Shown: piece after piece, positions 6,993-15,334 of the stretch | Layout: each line of letters begins with the position of its first letter | Numbering within the stretch: the stretch's first letter is position 1 | Assembly (NCBI GenBank): GCA_964533125.1 | Contig: CAZHIT010000001.1 | Span: 1 to 28,966 of the forward strand | Length of the DNA: 28,966 nucleotides | Direction: 5' to 3' | Origin: an uncultured Candidatus Sumerlaeota bacterium | GTDB lineage: Bacteria; Bacillota; SLNR01; JBMNPB01 | Position numbers and translations under genes: made by a program | The notes under the pieces: generated by a model | Database searches by the model: none | What the model was told of the DNA's origin: nothing | The model's input: the letters and a program-made list of their open reading frames with translations, nothing else

Positions 6993-8888
6993 ATGCTCAT
7001 GCAGGTGCGGGAGTTGAGCAAGTATTTTGGCGACTGGGCGGTGCTGGCGGACATCAATTTATTGGTGAACCAGGGTGACCGCATCGGTTTGGTTGGGCGC
7101 AACGGCGCCGGCAAGACGACCCTCCTGCGGGTGCTGGCGGGTCTCGCACCTTACGACCAGGGCAGCATTGACCGGCAACCGGACTTGACCATCGGCTATT
7201 TGCGGCAGGATTTGGATTTTGGCGGCGGCCATACGCTGTACGCGGAGATGCTGTCGACCTTTCCGGCCATTACCGCCCTGGAGCAGAAGCTGACCGAGGC
7301 GGAGAACCTGCTGGCGGCGGAGGGTCACCAGGATACGCCGGCATTGCGGCAGGCGCTGCGGGACTATGGCCGAGCGCGGGATGAATACGAGCATTTGGGG
7401 GGTTACGAGTTCCGGGCGAAGGTCCGCAATGTCCTGTCCGGCCTGGGTTTTTCGGAACACGATTTTGACCGGCCGGTGGATCAGTTCAGCGGCGGGGAAA
7501 AGATGCGGGCTAATCTGGGGAAGCTGCTGCTGCAGGAGCCGGACCTGCTGCTGCTGGATGAGCCCAACAACCACCTGGATCTGACGACGCTGGAGTGGCT
7601 GGAGGCTTACTTACAGAAATGGAAAAAGGCCATGCTGGTGATCTCGCATGACCGTTATTTCCTCGATAACCTGGTGAGCAGCATCTGGGAGCTGGAGTAT
7701 TCGCACCTGACCCGGTACCCGGGCAACTACACGGCCTATGTGCAGGCCAAGGGAATACGGCAGCAGCAAGAGGAGAAGCAGCGGCAGATTCAGCAGGACA
7801 AGATTGACCGGCTGAGCGGGTTCATCAACCGCTTCCGGGCGAAAGCGACCAAGGCCAGGCAGGCGAAAAGCAAGGAGAAGGTACTCGAACGAATGGAGCC
7901 GGTGACGGTGACCCGGGCGGACAAGCGCCGGATTAAAGTGGATTTCACCCAGCGGCGGACCAGCGACCGGGAGGTGCTGGCGGTACGGGGGTTAGCCAAG
8001 CGCTACGGGGAGCGGGTCGTTTTCCGGGATCTGGATTTGACCGTGCAGCGGGGCGAGCGGGTAGGGATACTGGGCCCGAACGGGGTGGGGAAGACCACCC
8101 TGCTGCAGGTATTGATGGGCGAAGACCTGGACTACCAGGGAGAGGTCAAGCTCGGCTCCCGGGTAAGCATCGGGTACTTCAGCCAGGACCTGTCCCGCTT
8201 AAACGAGGCGCACACGGTGCTGCAGGAACTGATGAGCGCCGGGTCGTTCACTGAAGGCGAGGCCCGGCAGATTCTGGGCTGGTTTCTCTTTACCGGTGAG
8301 GCGGTGTTCAAGCCGGTACAACTGCTCAGCGGCGGGGAGCGAAACCGCCTGGCCCTCGCTAAGCTCGTGACCTGCCGGGCGAACCTCTTGGTGCTGGATG
8401 AGCCAACCAACCACCTGGATATCGATTCCCGGGAGGTTCTGGAGGCGGCGCTGGTGGGTTACCCAGGGACGGTGCTTTTTGTTTCCCACGACCGGTATTT
8501 TCTCGATGCCGTGGCGACCCGGATCGCCATCCTGACCCCGACTGGTTTTGAGATGTACGCCGGCGGGTACCGTTACTACCGGGAAAAACGCCTGGAAAAA
8601 GAAACCGGCCGGCGCGGGAGCGAAGAATCCCGGCCGGCGAGTAAAGCGGAGCCGAAAAAACAACGGGCGCAGTGGGCGAAACGCCTGAGCGAACTGGAGG
8701 CGGCCATCCTTACTCTGGAGGAGCGGAAGGCCGAACTGGAGGATCTGCTGGCTTCCGCATCCCTGTATGCCGACGCCGAGGAGGCGAAGCGGACGGTACA
8801 GGAATACCGGGCCCTGCCGGCCGAACTCGAGGCCCGGTACCGGGAGTGGGTGGAGTGGAGTACAGCCGAACCGGCGGGGCTGGAGTAG
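6993..8888 (+). CDS. ABC-F family ATPase (ribosome-associated, YdiF/YheS/Uup-like) with C-terminal coiled coil, 631 aa
   Basis: Two NBDs (GRNGAGKTT, FSGGE, LLLDEPNNHLD; GPNGVGKTT, LSGGE, LVLDEPTNHLD), charged inter-domain linker, no TM segments; ATG 6993 after GGAGGA. Confidence 0.92.
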   Translation: MLMQVRELSKYFGDWAVLADINLLVNQGDRIGLVGRNGAGKTTLLRVLAGLAPYDQGSIDRQPDLTIGYLRQDLDFGGGHTLYAEMLSTFPAITALEQKLTEAENLLAAEGHQDTPALRQALRDYGRARDEYEHLGGYEFRAKVRNVLSGLGFSEHDFDRPVDQFSGGEKMRANLGKLLLQEPDLLLLDEPNNHLDLTTLEWLEAYLQKWKKAMLVISHDRYFLDNLVSSIWELEYSHLTRYPGNYTAYVQAKGIRQQQEEKQRQIQQDKIDRLSGFINRFRAKATKARQAKSKEKVLERMEPVTVTRADKRRIKVDFTQRRTSDREVLAVRGLAKRYGERVVFRDLDLTVQRGERVGILGPNGVGKTTLLQVLMGEDLDYQGEVKLGSRVSIGYFSQDLSRLNEAHTVLQELMSAGSFTEGEARQILGWFLFTGEAVFKPVQLLSGGERNRLALAKLVTCRANLLVLDEPTNHLDIDSREVLEAALVGYPGTVLFVSHDRYFLDAVATRIAILTPTGFEMYAGGYRYYREKRLEKETGRRGSEESRPASKAEPKKQRAQWAKRLSELEAAILTLEERKAELEDLLASASLYADAEEAKRTVQEYRALPAELEARYREWVEWSTAEPAGLE

Positions 8889-9446
8889 TTATTCCGCTTC
8901 GCTGCCGCGTTTGGGTTTAAACACGACGGAGGGATTGGTCAGACCGGGGTCGGCGAGGTGCCTTACCCGGTTGGTCACTCCCGCTTTTTTTTGCAGTTCT
9001 TCGATCGGGCCAAAGTCCAGGGCGCGCATGGGGCAGGCTTCGACGCAGACCGGTTTTTGGCCGTCCCGGAGGCGCGGGAGGCAGAGGTTGCATTTGCTGA
9101 CCTTTTTAACGGCTGGATCGTATTTGGGCGCGCCGTAGGGGCAGGCCCAGGTACAGTAACGACAGCCGAGGCAGCGGGTGGGGTCGTGGACGACGATGCC
9201 GTCTTCCGGCCGCTTGGTGTAGGCGCCGGCCGGGCAGACCCGGCGGCAGGCCGGGTTTTCGCAGTGGTTACAGGCCAGGGAGAGGTTGTAGACCCAGGTG
9301 GCCGGGTAGGTCCCACCTTCGATGGTCTTCACTTCCCGCCAGCCTGGTCCAAATTCCCGGTCGTTCCAGTCTTTGCAGGCGATGGCACAGGTATGGCAGC
9401 CGATGCAGCGGGAGAGGTCGACGGAAAAGCCGAGTTGTGCGGTCAT
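8889..9446 (-). CDS. dmsB: DmsB-like 4x[4Fe-4S] electron-transfer subunit, 185 aa
   Basis: CIGCHTCAIAC, CNHCENPACRRVC, CLGCRYCTWAC, KCNLC...CVEAC (16 Cys); ATG overlaps the upstream stop (ATGA at 9446-9443) with RBS GAGGTG. Confidence 0.92.
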   Translation of the reverse strand: MTAQLGFSVDLSRCIGCHTCAIACKDWNDREFGPGWREVKTIEGGTYPATWVYNLSLACNHCENPACRRVCPAGAYTKRPEDGIVVHDPTRCLGCRYCTWACPYGAPKYDPAVKKVSKCNLCLPRLRDGQKPVCVEACPMRALDFGPIEELQKKAGVTNRVRHLADPGLTNPSVVFKPKRGSEAE

Positions 9447-12400
9447 GAAATCCACCTCTCATTCTCCGGGGCGGCGGCCACTTCCACCAGGGTGGTGTGG
9501 GTGGTGGACGCCCGGGCGTAAGGGGTCGGCCGGTCGAGATTGAGGACATTGGTATTGGCGCCGCGGTCCTGGCCGGAAGCGTCCGGGCTGAACCAGGCGC
9601 CTTGGTGGACGTTGACCACCCCAGGCATGATCCGGCCGGTGACCTTGGCCGCAAGGATGATGGCGCCGCGGTCGTTATAGACCCGGACCGGGTCGCCGTC
9701 CTTAATCCCCCGCCGGGCGGCATCGGCGGCGTTAATCCAGACCTGGTGGGGTTGGATGGCCCGCGGATAGGGGTTGTTGTCGTGGGAGGAGTGAACCCGC
9801 TGTTTGCTGTGGGCGGTAACTAATTGCAGTGGGTATTTTTGGGCCAGAGGGTCGGCCGGGCCTTCCCAGGGGTCGATGTGCCGGGGGATGGCCGGGATCT
9901 CCGGGTCATTCAGTTCGGCCAGGCGCTCGGAGTAAATCTCGATCTTCCCGGAGGGGGTGGCAAAGGGTTTGCCCTTCTGGATTTGTTCGGTGAAGGCAAT
10001 GTAGGGCTTCTTGCGCTTGTCGCGGTAGATCCCGGTGCGCTTGAACTCGTCGTAATCCTTGATCCCGGCGGCGGCAGCAAACTCCCGCAGCCAGTCTTCT
10101 TCGCTCTTACCTTCGGTGAAGGTATCACCGAAGCCCAGACGCTCCGCCAGGGCGGCGAAGATTTCGTAGTCGGATTTGGACTCGTACAGGGAATCGATGA
10201 CCTTGTTGGCGTAGAGGAGATAGTTGCCCTGCTGGGTGCCGGGAAAACAGATGTCGTTTCGCTCGAGGAAAGTGTTGGCCGGCAGGATGATGTCCGAATA
10301 CTTAGCCGTAGGGGTCATAAATTGCTCGTGGCAGACGATGAACTCGGCCTGCCGGAAGGCTTCGATGTTTTTGTGGACATTGGCGCCCTGGTTTAGGAGG
10401 TTGCCGCCGACCATGTAGATCATTTTGATGTCGCTGGGGTAACCGCCGGCCTTGCCGCGCAGAATCAGGTCGGCCCAGACATAGACCGGCACCCGGGCGG
10501 CGGGATTCGGGTCCGGCGGGATGGGCAGGCCGGGGATGGAGGGGACGCGGCTGTAGTCGACGCCGCCGGTGTTGCCGCCGGGAATGCCGATGTTGCCGGT
10601 CATGGCCGCTAAGGTGATCGCCAGGCGGACCGGCTGTTCACCGTAGGCGGTCCGCTGCAGCGACCAGCCGCAGAGAAGAGCGCCCGGTTTGGCCTGGGCG
10701 TAAGAGAGGGCCAGGTCGCGGGTCGTGGTGGCCGGCACGCCGGTGATGGCCTCAGCCCAGGCGGGGGTTTTGGGGATGCCGTCGCTCTCCCCCCGGACGT
10801 AAGCCGCAAATGTTTCAAAACCGTGGGTGAACCGGTCCAGGAAGGACTGGTCGTGCAAGTTGGCCTCCAGAATGCAGTAAGCCATGGCTACCATCAGGGC
10901 TGAGTCGGTGCCCGGCCGGATGGGGATCCATTGGTCGGCCAGGATGGAGGCGGAGTCGGTACACACGGGGTCGATGGCCACGACTTTGGTCCCCTGCTCG
11001 CGGGCGCGGGCGACAAACCAACTGGTATTGGTCCCGCGAACTCCCTCGGCCGGGCTGAACCCCCAGAGGATGATTAAGTTGGAGTTGAGCAGATCGGCCC
11101 GGTCGTTGCCGGTGAGGCAGGTGCCGCACATGTGCTCGGTGATGATATCCGTCGTTTCGCAGCTATAGCTGCCGAAGAGGACGGTGCGGCAGCCGAACTG
11201 GTTGAGGAAGCGGTCCACGGTCAGCTGGTGGAGCTTGCCGCCGAAGGCGCCGGAGCGGGAAAGGTCGAGGATGGCCGCGTCACCGTAAGTATCTTTAACC
11301 CGCTGCATTTCGCGGGCGACCGTATCCAGGGCTTCTTCCCAACTGATCCGGACGAACTTAGCCTCGCCCCGCTCACCGACCCGCTTGAGGGGCCAGCGCA
11401 GGCGTTCCGGGTGGTAGACCCGCTTCAGATAAGCCCGACCCTTGGCGCAGGCCCGGAGCTGAGGGCTGATGAGCGAAGCATCGTCGGAGGTGTTATCGGT
11501 GGTCAGGTGGACGATTACCCCATCTTTAACATGGGCGAGGAGAACGCATTTGCCGCCGCAGTTGTTGACGCAGGTGGTGGGGATGATCTTTGTTTCTCCA
11601 TCGGCCAAAATGGCGGGCGGAGCATAATCCGCGGGCGAACCCAGAGGAATGCTGCCGGGGTTCATCGCCGGTGTCCAGGGGTCGATCTCGGTCTGCAGGC
11701 GGTCACCTGCGGCCGGCAGGGGGGCCGGGACGACGGTGGCAAAGAACAGACCCCGCTCCAGCAACTCCCCGAGCAGCATCCCCGTTAGGGCGAGGGTATG
11801 GCTGAGCGCCGGATTGAAGTCAAAGACGAGAAAGAGCGCCGGCAGGAAGAAGCCGAGCCCGAGACGGGCCAGGGTGAACCGACGGCCGGGGGTCAGGAGG
11901 AGATGATGGGTCAGTTTAGTTTCGGCGCTCAGCTGCCCAAAGGCGGACAGGCGCAGCCACCACAGGCTAAAGCCCAGGAGGAGAGCGGCGAGGGTGGCAA
12001 GGCGTAAGGGGATCAGAGGCCAGGGCAGGCGGGCAGCCGGGACCAGGAGCCAGGTCAGGACGGGCCCGAAAGAGGCAGCGGCGGTGAACAGGCCGGCCGA
12101 TTGAGTCCAGTGGTACCAGGCCGGCCGGTGGGGCAGGCGGTATATGGCCCCGGTGGCCGCGAGGGCCGCGATCCCGGCCAGCATAGCAGCCTGGGCCAGG
12201 GGGGCGGCGGCCGCGGGCGAGATGATCTCCCGCTGGGCCAGGTACAGCAAGCCCAGCAGGGTGGCAAACCCGCCAAACGCAAGGGCCTCCCGGCTCAGCC
12301 AGGAGCGGGTGAAGTTGCGCAGCGCGGTATAGAAGCGCCAGGGCTGGTTTAAGTGCAGGAAAGCGGCCCCGGCAGCGACCGCCGTCAGGCCCAGCAGCCA

Positions 12401-12538
12401 AAGGTTGACCGCCGGGGTATTGAGCCCGGTCAGCCGGGTGGTGATCAAGGTACCCACCACCAGCGGTTCCAGCACCGCCATAATGATCAGAGGCAGCTCG
12501 GCGCGCAGGGCGGCCGGGAAATTCAGCTTATCTTTCAT
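9443..12538 (-). CDS. Fusion of DmsC/YnfH-type 8-TM membrane anchor (aa ~15-270) and DmsA/YnfE-type molybdopterin catalytic subunit (aa ~315-1031), no Tat signal
   Basis: Anchor motifs ELPL, FLHLNQPWR, SWLSRE, IY...PAW, GELLERGLFF; catalytic motifs CVNNCGGKC...RAC, HPERLRWPLKRVGERG, GSYS, IRPGTDSAL, YPLQLVTAHSKQRVHS; one uninterrupted ORF; ATG 12538 after GGAGGA. Confidence 0.9.
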   Translation of the reverse strand: MKDKLNFPAALRAELPLIIMAVLEPLVVGTLITTRLTGLNTPAVNLWLLGLTAVAAGAAFLHLNQPWRFYTALRNFTRSWLSREALAFGGFATLLGLLYLAQREIISPAAAAPLAQAAMLAGIAALAATGAIYRLPHRPAWYHWTQSAGLFTAAASFGPVLTWLLVPAARLPWPLIPLRLATLAALLLGFSLWWLRLSAFGQLSAETKLTHHLLLTPGRRFTLARLGLGFFLPALFLVFDFNPALSHTLALTGMLLGELLERGLFFATVVPAPLPAAGDRLQTEIDPWTPAMNPGSIPLGSPADYAPPAILADGETKIIPTTCVNNCGGKCVLLAHVKDGVIVHLTTDNTSDDASLISPQLRACAKGRAYLKRVYHPERLRWPLKRVGERGEAKFVRISWEEALDTVAREMQRVKDTYGDAAILDLSRSGAFGGKLHQLTVDRFLNQFGCRTVLFGSYSCETTDIITEHMCGTCLTGNDRADLLNSNLIILWGFSPAEGVRGTNTSWFVARAREQGTKVVAIDPVCTDSASILADQWIPIRPGTDSALMVAMAYCILEANLHDQSFLDRFTHGFETFAAYVRGESDGIPKTPAWAEAITGVPATTTRDLALSYAQAKPGALLCGWSLQRTAYGEQPVRLAITLAAMTGNIGIPGGNTGGVDYSRVPSIPGLPIPPDPNPAARVPVYVWADLILRGKAGGYPSDIKMIYMVGGNLLNQGANVHKNIEAFRQAEFIVCHEQFMTPTAKYSDIILPANTFLERNDICFPGTQQGNYLLYANKVIDSLYESKSDYEIFAALAERLGFGDTFTEGKSEEDWLREFAAAAGIKDYDEFKRTGIYRDKRKKPYIAFTEQIQKGKPFATPSGKIEIYSERLAELNDPEIPAIPRHIDPWEGPADPLAQKYPLQLVTAHSKQRVHSSHDNNPYPRAIQPHQVWINAADAARRGIKDGDPVRVYNDRGAIILAAKVTGRIMPGVVNVHQGAWFSPDASGQDRGANTNVLNLDRPTPYARASTTHTTLVEVAAAPENERWIS

Positions 12539-12652
12539 TGGCAGTCCTCCCATTCTGGTCCGTCAGCCGCAGTTCCTTGCAGCTCTGGGCTGATTGGCAT
12601 AAGTATTCGCCGGGCGGCGGCGTTTCCCTGCCGGCGGCGTGGGCGGAGAAGC

Positions 12653-12681
12653 TTGCTTTGTCCGGCAGTTTATGGTATGTT
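12653..12681 (+). promoter_or_regulatory. sigmaA promoter for the acetamidase/formamidase gene
   Basis: TTGCTT (12653-12658)-17 nt-TATGTT (12676-12681) with TG extension. Confidence 0.5.
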
Positions 12682-12703
12682 TACCCCGGAAGGAGGGATT
12701 AAG

Positions 12704-13603
12704 ATGCTGTGGATCGGCGGTGATAAGGTAGTATATATGATGGACCAAAACAATATGCCGGCGGCGCGGGCCGAGTCCGGTGCCGAAGTGGTAATTATCA
12801 CTATGGACAGCTACGGCAATCAGATAACCCGGGGGGACCAGGATTTCGGGGTACTCCGGCCGGAATACATCAATCCGGCCACCGGGCCGCTCTATGTGGA
12901 AGGGGCGGCGGCCGGGGATACATTGAAAGTGGAGATCCTGGATATCAAGGTTAACTCTTACGGGATTATGGCGCCCCGGCCCGGCAAAGGGGTGCTGGGC
13001 GAGTACTTCCCGGCGGCGAAGATCCGCCGTCTCCCGATTGAGAACGGCCAGGTTCGCTTCAACGACCGGATCAGCCTGAGCATTGACCCGATGATCGGGG
13101 TGATTGGAGTGGCCCCGGCGGGGGAAGGGATAAGAACCACCATCCCCGGGTCGCACGGGGGGAACCTGGACTGCCGGCGGATCGTCCGGGGAGCCACGGT
13201 CTATCTACCGGTACAGGTGGAGGGGGCTTTGCTCGCCATCGGCGACTTGCACGCCTTGATGGGGGACGGGGAAGTGGTCATCTGCGGCCTGGAAGTGGGC
13301 GGCGAGGTGACCGTGCGGGTGGAAGTGATTAAGGGCCAGGTTCTGCCGCTGCCAATCGTGGTTGACGGCGAGACAGTTATGACCATCGCTTCCGCCCCGA
13401 CTCTGGATGAAGCCGCCCGCCAGGCGACGAAGCAGATGCACCGGTTCCTGACCGGGGGGCTGAAGATGGATGTTTATGAAGCGGGGATGCTGCTGTCGCT
13501 GATCGGAAATCTAGTAGTCTGCCAGGTCGTTAATCCCTTAATGACCGTCCGAATGGAACTGCCCCATTCGGTTCTGGAGCGTTACCAATACCGCCTGCCC
13601 TGA
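12704..13603 (+). CDS. Acetamidase/formamidase family protein, 299 aa
   Basis: NPATGPLYVEGA, PMIGVIGVAP, HGGNLD, GDLHALMGDGEV motifs; ATG 12704 after AGGAGG (ORF-track start 12353 overlaps the Dms fusion and is spurious). Confidence 0.9.
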   Translation: MLWIGGDKVVYMMDQNNMPAARAESGAEVVIITMDSYGNQITRGDQDFGVLRPEYINPATGPLYVEGAAAGDTLKVEILDIKVNSYGIMAPRPGKGVLGEYFPAAKIRRLPIENGQVRFNDRISLSIDPMIGVIGVAPAGEGIRTTIPGSHGGNLDCRRIVRGATVYLPVQVEGALLAIGDLHALMGDGEVVICGLEVGGEVTVRVEVIKGQVLPLPIVVDGETVMTIASAPTLDEAARQATKQMHRFLTGGLKMDVYEAGMLLSLIGNLVVCQVVNPLMTVRMELPHSVLERYQYRLP

Positions 13604-13644
13604 CGGGGATTCGCCTCAGGCTCCAACCGGCAAAAAATACCAGC

Positions 13645-13674
13645 TTGACAGGGAAGGCTAACGTGGTGTAGAAT
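13645..13674 (+). promoter_or_regulatory. sigmaA promoter of the his operon
   Basis: TTGACA (13645-13650)-18 nt-TAGAAT (13669-13674). Confidence 0.8.
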
Positions 13675-13699
13675 ATCCAGCAAGTGCATTGGGCCCGAA

Positions 13700-13991
13700 A
13701 ACGATGAGCGGGAACAGTAGGTCCAGGAACGAAGCGCAGCGAGCCGGGTTAGGTGAGAGCCGGTGCGGAGGTCGGGACTGAAACACACCCGGGAGTGCAA
13801 ACCGAAATCCCTGCGGGGACGGTAGGCTTTGCCGGCGACTTCCACCGTTAACCGGAAGGGGATATAAGGACAGCTGGCTGTTCCGTATCCTGGATGGAGT
13901 GAGTTCACCGCTTGCGGTGAGCTAATTAGGGTGGGACCACGGGAAGGATAACTTTCCGCCCCTTTGTTGGGGGCGGAAAGTTTTTATTTTT
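13700..13991 (+). promoter_or_regulatory. Histidine-specific T-box riboswitch (transcription antitermination)
   Basis: Stem I with GA motif, AGTA/GAA S-turn, GGTGAGA apical motif, specifier CAC (13784-13786); stem III 13901-13923; T-box AATTAGGGTGGGACCACG (13924-13941); terminator ACTTTCCGCCCC/GGGGCGGAAAGT + T-tract. Confidence 0.95.
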
Positions 13992-14059
13992 CCCCAGATG
14001 ATGCGAACAGTAAAAGCGAATGAAGGTACTTTTCCAGGGTGCGAAAGGGGTTAATAAGG

Positions 14060-15316
14060 ATGAAACAGTTACTGCCGGCCGGAACCCGCTGCTATCTGCC
14101 GCCGGAAGCGGCCGCCAAGCGCCGGATCGAGGGGATTTTACTCGCGACCTTCGCCGGCTGGGGCTACCGGGAGATCATCGTGCCGACGATGGAGTATATG
14201 GAGACTATCCAGCCGGGGACGAGTGATGGGCTGCTGAAAAGCGCCTACAAGTTTTTCGATCCCCAGGGGAATATCCTGCTGCTGCGCCCGGATCTGACCA
14301 CGCCGATTGCCCATCTGGCGGCGACCCGCCTCAGCCGCCAGCCCCGGCCGCTGCGTTACTGCTACCTGGGCAACGTCTTCCGGTCCACCAACGAGCGCAG
14401 CGGGCAGTTGAACGAGTTTTACCAGGCCGGGGTGGAGCTGATGGGGATTCCGGACGCGCCGGCCGACACTGAACTGATTGCCCTGGCCATCGAATGCCTG
14501 CAAGCCGTCGGCCTCACGGAGTTCCAGATTGGCCTGGGGCAGGTGGACTTTGTGGCAGCGGTGCTCGCCGAGCCGGAGTTGGCGGCGGGGGAGCGGGAGC
14601 GCATCCGGGAGGCGCTGGGTCAGCGCGATCTGGTCGGTTACCGGGAAGCGATAGCCCAATCGGCTTTGCCGGACGCGTCCAGGGAGTTGCTCGAACGGTT
14701 ACCCTCCCTGCACGGCGGCGCGGAGGTCCTGACGCAAGCGGCTGAGTTGACAACCAATGCGGCGGCGCAGCGGGCGCTGGCGAACCTGGGGCAGGTCTAC
14801 ACGGCGCTGGCGGCGGCCGAGCTGGGCCGGTATTTATACCTGGACTTGGCTTTGGTGCGCAACCTGGACTATTATTCGGGGATCGTCTTTGAGGGCTACA
14901 CTGCCGGCCTCGGCCGTCCGATATTGGGCGGCGGGCGGTACGACCGCCTGCCGGGAAAGTTTGGCGAGGATATGGCCGCGACCGGGTTTGCCATCGGGGT
15001 GGAGCCCCTGGCGGCGGTGCTGGAGCGGCAGGGCTGCCTCCCCGCAGAGCCAGCTATCGACTGCTTGGTCGTGCCCGGTCCCGGCGGTACGGTGGCGGCC
15101 CTGGAGCAGGCGGCGAAGCTGCGGCGGTGCGGCAGCCGGGTGGAGATAGAGTTGGTGGTTCGCGGCCGGGAGGCATCGCTGCAGTACGCCCGGCAGAAAG
15201 GGATCGCCCGGGTCATGTTCGAGGCCGGCGGCGGTTGGGAAGAGCAGCGGGTCAGCCCGGAAAGTGGAGAATGTACCACCGGAGAAAGCTATTATGATGC
15301 GTTATTCGGCAGTTAA
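14060..15316 (+). CDS. hisZ: ATP phosphoribosyltransferase regulatory subunit
   Basis: HisRS-like: LRPDLTTPIAH, EFYQAGVEL, LDYYSGIVFEGY, GGGRYDRL; precedes short HisG. Confidence 0.95.
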   Translation: MKQLLPAGTRCYLPPEAAAKRRIEGILLATFAGWGYREIIVPTMEYMETIQPGTSDGLLKSAYKFFDPQGNILLLRPDLTTPIAHLAATRLSRQPRPLRYCYLGNVFRSTNERSGQLNEFYQAGVELMGIPDAPADTELIALAIECLQAVGLTEFQIGLGQVDFVAAVLAEPELAAGERERIREALGQRDLVGYREAIAQSALPDASRELLERLPSLHGGAEVLTQAAELTTNAAAQRALANLGQVYTALAAAELGRYLYLDLALVRNLDYYSGIVFEGYTAGLGRPILGGGRYDRLPGKFGEDMAATGFAIGVEPLAAVLERQGCLPAEPAIDCLVVPGPGGTVAALEQAAKLRRCGSRVEIELVVRGREASLQYARQKGIARVMFEAGGGWEEQRVSPESGECTTGESYYDALFGS

Positions 15317-15334
15317 GCATCTTGAGGGAAGGTG

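Noticed and set aside
6993-8888. Antibiotic-resistance ABC-F (ARE) with attenuator
   Set aside because: Promoter lies ~30 nt from the start with no leader peptide or attenuator; features fit housekeeping YdiF/YheS/Uup-like proteins
9443-12538. Selenocysteine or other recoding in the molybdoenzyme; or the linker being a read-through Tat signal
   Set aside because: No in-frame TGA/TAG; Mo ligand is Ser; linker is Pro-rich with no RR motif or h-region
12608-12640. Moco riboswitch upstream of the Dms fusion (minus strand GGCAGGGAAACGCCGCCGCCCG recalls GGCAGGG...GGAAAC...GCCUCCCG)
   Set aside because: The intervening stem, the 5' UCCGAG/CCUAA elements and the RBS-sequestering P1 are not present; kept only as a low-interest structured leader
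12353-12703. N-terminal extensions in the ORF track (amidase from 12353; also hisK from 21348, BON from 22796, pfk from 26802)
   Set aside because: They overlap other genes or regulatory DNA; downstream starts have clear RBS and match family N-termini
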